Source of the DNA: Candidatus Nomurabacteria bacterium | GTDB taxonomy: Bacteria > Patescibacteriota > Minisyncoccia > Phycocordibacterales > UBA9973 | Reading direction: 5' to 3' | Assembly: GCA_963832025.1 (NCBI GenBank) | Contig: CAWHSF010000003.1 | Location: forward strand, 366,121 to 430,120 | DNA length: 64,000 bases | Part shown: in pieces, positions 1-11,000 of the stretch | How the letters are laid out: the number at the start of each line of letters is the position of its first letter | Numbering within the stretch: the stretch's first letter is position 1 | The notes under the pieces: model-generated | The model's database searches: none | What the model was told of the DNA's origin: nothing | What the model saw: the letters and a program-made list of their open reading frames with translations, nothing else | Made by a program: the position numbers and the translations under genes

Positions 1-500
1 ATAGAAATTTAGCGGAAGATTATTCTTCTGAAAGGTCTTTGCAGTTCCGGGATAAAAAATTTCCACATTTATTGATGTATGGGAAGTTGGACCTTACGGA
101 AAGATTACAGAATGGTGATGTTGTCATTACTGATTTTAAAACCGGTAGCAGTAAAACAAAAAATACGATAGAAAAGCTGGATGAAGAGGGTAGACTTTCC
201 TCGCATTTGCGTCAACTCGCAATGTATTCTTATCTTGTTTTTGGAGCAGAAAAGGGAAAAGAAGTTTTATCTTCCCGACTTTTGTATTTAGAAGCTTCAA
301 AAGATGATAAAAACTATCTTTACTCTACCCATATTTCTGAAGAGCAAATTGACTTACTCATCAAAGACATCGCAGATTACAATCAATTATTAAAATCTGG
401 AAATTGGGTAAATAGACCTTGCAATTACAATTCCTATGGTAAAAATACGATTTGTGAATATTGTAAAATGGCCGAAATTTATAAAGAAAAAGAGTCATAG
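1..500 (+). CDS. C-terminal fragment of a PD-(D/E)XK RecB/AddB/Cas4-type nuclease domain protein. The ORF is open to the left window edge.
   Basis: The frame is open from nt 3. Motifs present: GKLDL...VVITDFKTG (D...DxK), QLAMYSYL (QxxxY) and a terminal Cys cluster CNYNSYGKNTICEYC, as in Fe-S RecB-family nucleases. Confidence 0.6.
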   Translation, partial: RNLAEDYSSERSLQFRDKKFPHLLMYGKLDLTERLQNGDVVITDFKTGSSKTKNTIEKLDEEGRLSSHLRQLAMYSYLVFGAEKGKEVLSSRLLYLEASKDDKNYLYSTHISEEQIDLLIKDIADYNQLLKSGNWVNRPCNYNSYGKNTICEYCKMAEIYKEKES

Positions 501-557
501 TAAAATTCCATATTTTTGCTATAATTCATTAATTATTATTAACCTAACTTAATTTAT

Positions 558-818
558 ATGCCTATAGTAAATATAGCGGGTAAAGAAGTAACAATCCCAG
601 AAGGCAGTGACTCGGCGGAGCATGCGGTGAAGTTTTTAACCGAGCATCCTGACGATGCCAAAGCTTTTCTTGAAGCGGCGCATCACAACCATATTACGGG
701 CGTTACTCATTTTGAAACAAATCGTCCGCCCGGATATCTGGGCAGTACGAACTTCACTCTAATTCACACTGGCGATGGGAAATATGAATTAAGAAAAAAA
801 GAACATCACCTTCTCTAA
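558..818 (+). CDS. Hypothetical 86-aa His-rich protein
   Basis: Clean ORF between two genes on the same strand. Its stop overlaps the pheS start (ATGA). No recognisable motif. Confidence 0.4.
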   Translation: MPIVNIAGKEVTIPEGSDSAEHAVKFLTEHPDDAKAFLEAAHHNHITGVTHFETNRPPGYLGSTNFTLIHTGDGKYELRKKEHHLL

Positions 819-1630
819 TGACTGAAGAAAATAAAAAAAATATATCAGCAGTGGCGGGAACAATACATCCGCTTTCTTTATTAGCAGAAGAAGCTTTGCA
901 AGTGTTTTCTGATATGGGTTTTGAAATTGCGACTGGTCCGGAATTGGAAAGTGAATGGTACAACTTTGATGTCTTAAATGTGCCAAAAGACCATCCAGCG
1001 CGTGATATGCAAGACACCTTTTGGATTAAAGATTCTCCGCAGGAGCAAGAGAATTCTGAAGGCGGAAGGTTCCGCCCGAAGGGTGGAGTAATGCCGAAGA
1101 ATTTTCTTACTCCTGCAGGAGAAAATAGATTCGTCCTTCGTACTCACACCACAAGTGTCACTGCGCGGGCGATTGAGCAGGCGGGCAAAGAAGGCAGAAT
1201 GCCTTGTGCTTTTATTTCCATTGGAAAAGTCTTCCGAAATGAAGCCACGGATGCCACGCACGAAATGCAATTTTATCAGATAGATGGCGCGATGGTGGGA
1301 GTTGATATTTCTGTGGCGGACATGAAAGGTGTACTGACTCAATTTTATAAAAAAATGTTAGGCGAAGATGTGGTCATTGAATTTAGACCTAGTTTTTTTC
1401 CATTTACTGAGCCGTCGCTCGAAGTCTTTGCAAAATTTAAAGGTAAATGGCTTGAGATGGGTGGCTCAGGAATGTTGCATCCGAATGTTTTACGCAATAT
1501 TGGATTGGATCCTAAAAAAGTACAGGGATTCGCTTTTGGTCACGGGCTAGACCGCATTGCGATGATTAAATGGGGCATATCCGACGTGCGCTTCTTTTAT
1601 CAGGGAGATTTGAGACTTAATCAGTTTTAA
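818..1630 (+). CDS. pheS: Phenylalanine--tRNA ligase alpha subunit, short form lacking the N-terminal coiled coil, with an in-frame repeat insertion
   Basis: Class II motifs HPARDMQDTFWI, LRTHTTSV, GKVFRNEATDATHEMQFYQIDG and FPFTEPSLEV...GSGMLHPNVL. Extra segment QEQENSEGGRFRPKGGVMPKNF between DTFWI and LRTHT. Confidence 0.95.
   Translation: MTEENKKNISAVAGTIHPLSLLAEEALQVFSDMGFEIATGPELESEWYNFDVLNVPKDHPARDMQDTFWIKDSPQEQENSEGGRFRPKGGVMPKNFLTPAGENRFVLRTHTTSVTARAIEQAGKEGRMPCAFISIGKVFRNEATDATHEMQFYQIDGAMVGVDISVADMKGVLTQFYKKMLGEDVVIEFRPSFFPFTEPSLEVFAKFKGKWLEMGGSGMLHPNVLRNIGLDPKKVQGFAFGHGLDRIAMIKWGISDVRFFYQGDLRLNQF
1034..1122. repeat. ~89-bp hairpin element inside pheS (family A)
   Basis: Imperfect terminal inverted repeats tctccgcaggagcaagagaattc / gaagaattttcttactcctgcaggaga. 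The core is ~90 percent identical to the reverse complement of 3118-3171. Confidence 0.85.
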
Positions 1631-1633
1631 TTT

Positions 1634-3470
1634 ATGAATATTTCCTACAATTGGCTTAAATGGTACATTCCGGAAGCACCCGAGGCGGAAAAGCTGGTGG
1701 ATATTTTTAATTATCATCTCTGCGAAGTCGAGAGCTTAGAAAAGAAACCTGATGGAGATATTATTTTTGACTTGAAAATTTTACCAAACCGCGCGCATGA
1801 CTTGCTTTCTCATCAGGGCGTCGCTCGCGAGCTTGCTTCACTTTTAGATATAAAATTTGTTGACCCTACGCCAAAATATAAAATACCCGAATCAAAACCG
1901 ACCAGTTTAAAAATAGAAATAGAAAGTGATAAATGCCGTCGGTATATGGGACGGATTATTCGCAATGTAAAAGTCGGTCCGTCTCCGGAGTGGGTGGTGC
2001 AACATTTGGCTTCAATCGGGCAGAGAAGCATCAACAACATGGTGGATGCAGCAAATATTGTCATGTTTGATTGTGGTCAACCAACACATGTTTTTGACTT
2101 AGATAAAGTGAGTGAGAAATTAGTGGCTCGTATGGCGAAAGAAGGTGAAAAAATTACGACCTTAGACAATAAAGATTGTAGTCTGGAAGACTCTAATTTA
2201 GTCATTGCTGACGCTAAAAATGTTTTGGCCATCGCCGGAGTAAAAGGTGGAAAAATTGCCGAAGTAAACAATGACACAAAAAACATTATATTGGAGGTGG
2301 CAAATTTCGACCCAACTTCTGTCAGAAAAACTGCGCAAGCTTTAAACATTGTCACTGATGCGAAAAAACGTTTCGAAAATGACCTATCTCCAGAGTTGGG
2401 TTCTTACGCCATGCTTGAATTGTCCGCGCTAATTTTAGAAATGTGTGGAGAGGCTACTTTTGAAGATGTTGTGGATGCCCACCCGACCGAGTCATTCGGG
2501 CAGGTTTATCCACAAAAACAAGAAATAAAAAAGCTTTCTTTTTCAGCCGATAAAATATCAAAAATTTTAGGCGTTGATATTCCTATAGATAAAATAAAAG
2601 ATATTTTAGAGAGATATAATTTAGAATACGTAGAAGATAAAGGAGTTTTTGAAATTACGGTTCCACCGATGCGGCTAGATTTGGTCATTGAAGAAGACAT
2701 GGCGGAAGAAATCGGGAGGATTTTAGGATACGACAAAGTAGAAGGGAAGGTTCCGAAAATAAATTTTAAACCAAAAGTAAATGAGGCGTATGCAAAAATT
2801 GTTTTTGCCAGACATAAACTATTGAGCGATGGATATTCGGAAGTGATGAATACGAGTTTTAGCAATAAAGGGGAAGTGTCTGTTTTGGCATCTGCTTCCG
2901 ATAAAAATTTTCTAAGAGCAAATTTAACTGATGGGTTAAAAGAAAGTATCAAACTAAATCAAGCGAATGCTCCGCTGTTGGGGACGGAGCAAGTTAAAAT
3001 TTTTGAAATTGGAACGGTGTTTAAAAAAAGTGGGGAAGAGATGCATGTGGCTTATGGAGACAAGAAAGAGGTAAAAGAAATAACACTAGATGAATTTTGC
3101 TCTGGAATGCTGGAGCAGAATTCATTGGCATTACTCCACCCTGCGGGCGGAACCTTCCGCCAGCAGAATTCTGCTCCAGCATTCCAGATGTGGTCACTGT
3201 TTCCATTTATTGCGCGCGATATTGCGGTATGGGTTCCGGAAAATATAAAAAGTCGGAGATGTTGCTTTAGTCATCAAAAATAACATGGGAGATAAAGTTA
3301 TTCGAGGACCGGAACTTTTTGATGAGTTTAAAAAAGACGGAAAAATTTCTTATGCGTTTAGATTGGTATTTCAATCTTATGACAGAACTTTGACCGACCA
3401 AGAAGTGAACAATATTATGACAAAAATCACTGACCAGATAAAAGCAAAAAATGGCTGGCAGGTGAGATAG
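1634..3470 (+). CDS. pheT: Phenylalanine--tRNA ligase beta subunit, with no N-terminal tRNA-binding domain. Annotated as two ORFs because of a frame break.
   Basis: N-terminus NISYNWLKWYIP, PNRAHDLLSHQGVAREL, B3/4 and B5-like sequence, C-terminus ISYAFRLVFQSYDRTLTDQEV. ORFs 1634..3283 and 3285..3470 join across the A5 run at 3247-3251, giving ENIK-VGDVALVIKNNMGDKV. Confidence 0.9.
3102..3187. repeat. 86-bp hairpin element inside pheT (family A, opposite orientation)
   Basis: Perfect 22-bp terminal inverted repeats CTGGAATGCTGGAGCAGAATTC (3102-3123) and GAATTCTGCTCCAGCATTCCAG (3166-3187). Confidence 0.9.
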
Positions 3471-3562
3471 ATTTTTTGTCAGTTATCCCCAATATTTTGC
3501 TGAGTTTTCCTTTTCGGGAAAGGCTTATTTTGGTATAATATATAAAACAAACATAGAAAAAT

Positions 3563-4882
3563 ATGAAGCAAAAAAATAATTTTAAGATTTTCGTAAAAAA
3601 ATCACTAGTTTCTATTTTTTTTGTTCTCTTTTTTATTTTTACTTCCCATGTTTTTGCGACAACCGACCTCACAGCATTATCGCAACCCAATATTGCTAAT
3701 ACTCTAAAAACACAAAGCGAAGAAACATTACTAAATGCATTAAATAATGCGGATGTAATTTCTAAACTCACTGTTCCCACAACAACAACTATTCCTAAAA
3801 ATAATATTGTTCACCCCCTTTTTCAATTTAAGAACACCAATTTTTCTTTACTAGGGGGCAGTATTATTTCTATTTATAATAATTTTGTCCTACAGCCAAC
3901 TTCGGATGTGGAAACAGCAACACTTTTAATGATAGGGGATGGTCTAATCAGTATGGGCAATGTTACCGATTCTATTTACAGTAATTATGTTTCGTTCCCC
4001 AAATTGGCTTTTTCAACTCCAAAAATTAGTTTACTAAAAATAAATCCACCAAACGAAAACATGTTAGCAGCTGTGGTTGGCGCTGATGTAAATTATTATG
4101 TCACTGATTACAACGATTTTATCCTAAGACCTGTTTCTGGCTTGGAGACATCTATCTTACTTAAAATAGGGGAAGGATTAATCAATACCGGACACGCAAC
4201 GAGTTTTGTTTATAATAATGTTAAAAGCATAGATTCTAATTTTTACAACAACTATACTTCCGAACTCGCTGATATTTTATTTGCTCCCAAGATGGTGACA
4301 AAGACAACAGCTACTCCTACACCCGCAGTTGCTTCTGCTCAGAATACAAACACTTTAAATACCGCACCTACTGAGGCAGTTCAAACAGCTGGTATCATTA
4401 AAAATTGTGGAACAAGTATTGCTCCAAAATTTGGCAGTCCGGCTACTTATGAAAATAATTCCACACTGACTTGCTTGGCGCAAGCGGCGCTCACTTGTCA
4501 AAACGCGGAAGGTACTTTGACGAATAATTTTTTCCCGACTATCTTTGAAATCAGTAATACACAAAATTCCTGCGACTTTAAATTGTCTTATTCTACGGAC
4601 AGCACCCTTTCCGATATTACCGGCAAAAAACTAGCCGGAGAGTCTGTGTCATGTCCAGTTAGCATCGTGAAGGAGATAGACAACACTAACCCCACTTCTG
4701 TAAAATTTATTGAAGCCGATACTACAGACTTAAGTAAATATGGCAGTGATATATATTTTTATGGAACACTCGGTTTATTTGTAGAAAACGCCCTGGATCA
4801 AAATAAAATCCAATCTCTTGGTTGTAGCGGAGATTATATAAATACGATTATTTCCAGCTACAAAGTTGCTAAAATTCAATGA
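3563..4882 (+). CDS. Secreted protein with an internal duplication and a Cys-containing C-terminal domain
   Basis: Signal-peptide-like N-terminus (KKSLVSIFFVLFFIFTSHVFA). Duplicated ~90-aa module (ILQPTSDVETATLLMIGDGLISMGNVTDS versus ILRPVSGLETSILLKIGEGLINTGHATS). Eight Cys in the last 170 aa. Sits directly upstream of the giant surface gene. Confidence 0.6.
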   Translation: MKQKNNFKIFVKKSLVSIFFVLFFIFTSHVFATTDLTALSQPNIANTLKTQSEETLLNALNNADVISKLTVPTTTTIPKNNIVHPLFQFKNTNFSLLGGSIISIYNNFVLQPTSDVETATLLMIGDGLISMGNVTDSIYSNYVSFPKLAFSTPKISLLKINPPNENMLAAVVGADVNYYVTDYNDFILRPVSGLETSILLKIGEGLINTGHATSFVYNNVKSIDSNFYNNYTSELADILFAPKMVTKTTATPTPAVASAQNTNTLNTAPTEAVQTAGIIKNCGTSIAPKFGSPATYENNSTLTCLAQAALTCQNAEGTLTNNFFPTIFEISNTQNSCDFKLSYSTDSTLSDITGKKLAGESVSCPVSIVKEIDNTNPTSVKFIEADTTDLSKYGSDIYFYGTLGLFVENALDQNKIQSLGCSGDYINTIISSYKVAKIQ

Positions 4883-4929
4883 AAATTGGTTGAGTCTAAG
4901 TAGGTAATTTTTTACCCTTATTTTATATA

Positions 4930-4957
4930 GCCGAGATTAGCCGAGATTAGCCGAGAT
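4930..4957. repeat. Tandem decamer gccgagatta x2.8
   Basis: gccgagatta gccgagatta gccgagat, in the intergenic region upstream of the giant gene. Confidence 0.8.
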
Positions 4958-5017
4958 GCTTTTAGTTTTCCACATATTTTATACTTTTCGCATTATTAAA
5001 AAGGTATAATTAAACTA

Positions 5018-8000
5018 ATGAATTCTCGCTTATATCTTGGCGATGATAACAAGAAATACATCTCAACTAAAGAGGCTAGTTCTTTGACGGGTTACTCCAG
5101 AGATTATATAGGCCAACTTGTCCGAAGTAATAAGATAGATTCCCAAAAAATTGGCCGTACATGGTATGTCTCGGAGGAAGCAATTTTGAACTATAAAATA
5201 TTCTCAAATCAATTAGGGTTGGTTCCAGATGTGGCGCCAGAAAAGATCCAAAGTGAAAATTTTATTCAAAATCCGGTCGTGATTCCAGTTCCGAGTGTAA
5301 AACTTCCTGCTCCTTCCGTGTCGGGCGAAAAATTAAAAAAGAACCTAAAAAGAAAAAAAATACTTTTATCAACTTTTAGTTTTCTCCTGATAGCCGGGAT
5401 AGTCTCTGCGAGTGGTATCAATTTTAAAGAAGTCTTTAAAAATACTTTCTCCACGCCCAAAAGTTTTTTATCTGCTAGTTCAATCCAATCATTCCCCAAC
5501 AACAAAACACCGACCATAAACATTTCTGACTTGGCGACTTCATATGAAAATTATCTTACTCCACAAGTAGCAACCTCAAGTAAACCTTCTGCTCCTTCGG
5601 TTGAAAAAATTATTGAAATTGAAAAAAGTCCGGTTACGCAAACTGCTGTTCTTTCCATTTTGCAGAACTTGCTCAGCGAACCGGCAATCCAAAATGAACT
5701 TCGTGGTCCGACTGGACCAACCGGCCCAGCCGGAACTTCGGGAAGCTATGCCACCTACACCAGTTATGTGGCTCCGAATCCGGCAATCAATTATGTCGGC
5801 GCCACTTTTTCTTCCGCTTCCAATTTATCTTCCAACCTCTTGAACACCGGCACAGCCAACATAAATAATTTAGCTGTCTCCGCCGGCGCGATAATCGGAA
5901 GTTTGAATGTGACAGGAGATTCTTCTTTTGGCGGACAAGTTGTCGCCTCAACTGTTGTTGATTCCGGTTTAGTAAACCAAACTTGCATCGGCACCGATGC
6001 ATCAGGCGCATTTGAAGCCGGCACTTGTGGCAGTGGTAGTGGCAGTCAGTGGACAACTAGCGGGTCAGATATTTATTACAACACCGGCAACGTCGGCATC
6101 GGCACAACTTCACCGGCAGCAACGCTCGATGTCACCGGCACAGGTAATTTTTCCGGCGCACTGACCGCGGGAACAATTAACGGCATCACTTTCTCCGGTT
6201 CTTCCACGCCGACGCTCAGTGTCTCCGGAACGGCTTCCGTCTCTGGCGCCAACACCGGAGACAATGCAACCAACACACAATATGCAAATGACTATCGAGC
6301 AGCAAATTTTGTCGCCGGCACAGATTACCAAGCCCCCGTCACTCTCACTACCACCGGCAGTAGCGGAGCTTCCACTTTTTCTAGTAACACTTTAAATATT
6401 CCAAACTACACTCTCGCAGGTCTCGGAGGAATTTCTAATATCTCCGGTCAAGATTTAAGCACAGCCAACAATGCAACATCAAAATTTATAACTTTAGGTT
6501 CGCTTTCTGCCGGAACCGGAATTTCTTACGATAATACGACTGGGATAATTACAAATTCTGCTCCAGACCAAACCGTTGCTTTTTCCGGTGGAACAAATGT
6601 AACGATTGGTGGAACTTATCCAAACTTTACAATTACCGACAACTCCATAACTACGGGAGGAGCCAGAAGCGCAATTTCACTGACAACCACCGGAAGTTCC
6701 GGAGCCTCTACTTATAATTCGGGAACGGGTGTTTTAAATATTCCTCAATATCAAGCAGGATTGAGTTTAATTAAGGGAACTTATGTTGATGGGGATGTTT
6801 GTACTTATGCTTCTACCGGCACTCTTTTAAATTGTAATACCGCGGCATATCAAATAGCTTCTTCCGCTCTTTCTTCCATCGCCGGTCTTGCTTGGTCTTC
6901 CGGAACACCTTTCGTTAAAATGACAGCCTCCGGAACCTTTGCGCTAGATACAAATACATATGCGACCGGAAGTGGAACAGCCAGTGGCACCAACACCGGC
7001 GACCAAACACTTACCATCGGGGGCACAACTTCTCCAACTATCGCCTTATCGGGAAGCAATACAGCAACATTCTCCGCAGGAACAGGAATTACTTTAGGGC
7101 AATCGGCTGGAACGATAACAATTACAAATTCTGCACCTTTCACTGGGGGACTTCTTGCTACCGGTGCAACTACCGGTGCAACAAGCCAAGCTCAAGCGTT
7201 TACCAATGGCATAATCTCTCCGACCATTCTGGGCGGTTCAGGAACAACGCAAACACTTAACTTCCAAACTACTTCAGGGGTGGGTGCAACGGGAGCCGAT
7301 ATGCATTTCAATGTCGGCAACAACGGAGCGACGAATGCCATGACGATTTTGAATAGCGGCAACGTCGGCATCGGGACGACGAGTCCGGCACAGAAGTTAA
7401 CTGTCACTGGTGGAAATATACAAATGACTGATGCTGGGGCGAAATTGTATTTAACAGATGGCTCACATTATGTTTCTTACGACGGCACAAATACGCAAAT
7501 ATTTTCTAGTGTTGGTGGCGTCAATTTAGCAGTTAATACGGCATCTCCTATTTCATTTATAACTAATTCAGCGTACCAAATGAGGTTAAGTGCTACTGGA
7601 GGATTGTCACTTGGTTCAACCTATTATTCTACGGACGCTGGGGCAGGGAATATGATAATACAAGGCAAGGTCGGCATCGGGACGACGACGCCTGCTTATG
7701 GTTTAGATGTAGCAAAAGGGACTGGGGCAACGGCACAATTTTTTGACCAAACCGCGACCACGGGTAGCACGCTTGTTACTATTCAAGCAGGTGCGGCACA
7801 AAACGCTGGAGCTTATACAAATGTTTTGAATTTTGCTGGCAATAATGGAACGACCAGAGGGTATATAGCTGTAGACGGATTGAACGGAGTATCAAAACTA
7901 AATATTACTGATGTTGTCGCTTCAAATGGTAATTGGGAGTTAAAAGATTCGGGCTCGTTAAATATGTATGCTGGCAATTCAATCTACTTGCAAAATGCTC

Positions 8001-11000
8001 ACTCCAACTCTAATATACAATTGTATAACACTGGGGCAACGGGGGTATCGAGTCTAGCAATAATGAACGGCAACGTCGGCATCGGGACCACGGGGCCGAG
8101 TGATTTGTTGCAACTTGGCACTGGAAATTTAAGTTGGTCATCTGATGGTGGCGGTGATATTGGGGCGAGTGGAGGAAATAGACCAGGGAATATTTATGCT
8201 AAGATTCAAGTCAGGGCTGGTGCTGGTTATCTAAATGGTAATACGGTTGGAGGGAGTAGCAATTTTGCTTTGTCTGGTGGTGGTAGTGCTACTTTGACAA
8301 TTGGCGGAACAAGCAACACCATTGTTTTCAAAACTACCGCCTCTAATTCAGAGGTAATGAGGATAGAACCAATAAACGGCAACGTCGGCATCGGGACGAC
8401 GACACCGACGGCTTACTTAAACATCAAAGCAGGAACAGCCACAGCTAACACCGAACCTCTACAACTTACCGCTGGAGTATTAAACACCTCCGCCGTCTCC
8501 GGAGCATTAGAAACAGATGCAAGTAACAATTTATATTACACACCGGGTACAGGAACGAGAGGAATTATTCCTTTGGGCACAGCGGCAAATACTTTGCTCT
8601 TTACTACTACTGGTGCGACGAATGTGACTTTACCAACAAGTGGAACGCTGGCAACACTTGGTTCTCCAACTTTCACTGGCACTGTCACCACACCGGCTTT
8701 AACCATTTCCGGTATCACCGGCAGTACCCAATGCTTACAAGTCAACAGCAGTGGTGTGGTCAGTGGCACATCTGCAGCTTGTGGCGGAGGTGGTGGTTCA
8801 ACTGCTTGGAGCAGTATCACCAACCCAAGCGGAAATCTTTCTTTGGCAATGGCTGGTGACACCAGTACTTTCACTTACGGAGCGACAACCGGTTCAGCAA
8901 ACTTGTTCAACTTAACCGACACCTCTTCCAATACCGGCACTGGAGTTTTGTTGAATGTCTCAACTGCCAGTGGTTCTACTTTAAATCCTTTCTCCGTGAC
9001 TACCGCCGGTGCAACAAATCCGAGCTTGTATGTCGGTTCTAATGGTAACGTTTCAATTGGAACCTCAATTACAAATACTGCAGTTCTGCAAGTACAAGCA
9101 CCGGTTCCGGAGAGTAGTCTTTTTGCTTTTGCGAACCATGATTTTTCTCTGGGTAGCGTAGGAACTGCCATGACGATTGATACCGGAGCTACCTCCGGAG
9201 ATACCTATGTGGATATGCAAGCTTACAACGCTGGTGGAGTTAATGGCGGTCCTTTAGTTTTTAATGCTGCTGGTGGTAATGTCGGGATTGATACAAACGA
9301 CCCAACTACCGCTCTCACCGTTAATGGGAGTATGTCCAATCTCCTTAATCCCAGTTCAGCTTTTTTAAATGTTGTAGGTTCGACATCAATTACTTCTGCT
9401 TCCGTGGTCTACGTCTCCGGTAACTATGCCTATGTGGCAGATTATACCGGTAATGAACTTGATATTGTTGACATTACCAATCCGAATGCTCCCTATGTGG
9501 CTGGCACATTAAGCGGAATTAATCATATCTCTTCCATCTACGTTTCCGGTCGTTATGCCTATGTGACGGACAAAAGTATTGGTGACATGACTATCATTGA
9601 TGTTTCCAATCCGATTTCACCGACTGTGGTCGGTACATTAACCGGACTTAATACTCCTACCTCCATCTACGTTTCTGGTCGTTATGCCTATGTAGCGGAT
9701 AGCGGTAGTGGTGATATGTATGTGATTGATGTTTCCACTCCGAGATTACCGATTGTGGTTGCCACCTTAACCGGGCTGAGTAGTCCTTCCTCCATCTATG
9801 TTTCCGGTCATTATGCCTATGTAGCAGATAGTGGTAGTGGTCACATGTCTATCATCGATATTTCCGATCCGGTTTCACCGAATGTGATAGGTACAGCAAC
9901 CGGACTTGGTAGTCCCTCCTCTGTCTATGTCTCCGGTCGTTATGCCTATGTGACGGATACGGGTAGTGGTAACTTGTATTCCATTGACCTTTCCAACCAA
10001 GCTTCTCCGAGTGTGGTTGGTACGCTACCAGGATTTATTACTCCAACTGATGTCTATGTTTCTGGTAATTTTGCATATGTAACAGACAGTGACGGTGAAC
10101 TCGACGTCGTTGATATTTCCGACCCGACTACTCCGATTTATGATACATATGCAGGACTTACTGCTCCCGACTCGGTCTATGTCTCCGGTCAGTATGCCTA
10201 TGTCGCGGATAGTGGTGGCGGCGATATGGCTGTCATTGACCTAACCGGAACACAAACAACTTCCTTGACCGCCGGGAGTGCGAACATCGGCAACTTGCAG
10301 ATTGCTAATGATTCTTTGGTTGGTGGTCAACTGCAAGTAAATGGTGCCCTGACAGCCAACGGTGGAAACTTTAACAGTGGAGTTGCAGTAAATGGAAATA
10401 TTTCCAATACCATTTCATCTTCTTCTCCTCCGACTGTCGTTGCTACTGCCACCGGGCTGACTAATATCTTAACTGACTATGTCTCCGGTAACTATGCGTA
10501 TGTAGGAACTGGTACCGGTGGTACTGGTCATATGTATATCGTTGATATTTCCAATCCGACTGCTCCGAGTGTTGTCGGTACATTATCAGGGGTTGGTAAG
10601 ATTAATTCTATCTATGTTTCCGGTCAGTATGCCTATGTGTTAGATGATAGTAATGGCTACATGGATGTCGTTGATATTTCCAATCCGCATGCCCCAAGTG
10701 TTGTCGGTACAGTGGTAGGGTTTACTGGTCCTGTATCTATCTATGTTTCCGGTCATTATGCCTATGTGACAGATGCCAATTCTCTGACTTTGTCTGTCAT
10801 CGATGTTTCCAACCCGACTGCTCCGAATCTCATCGGAAGTCCATTGTCGCTGACTGCTCCTCTCTTCATCTATGTTTCCGGTCATTATGCCTATGTGACG
10901 GAAAGTGGTGGGAGCATGGATATCATTGATGTTTCCAATCCGTATTCTCTGAGTATTGTCGGTACAGCCACAGGACTTGGTTCTCTTGATGGCAATGTCT

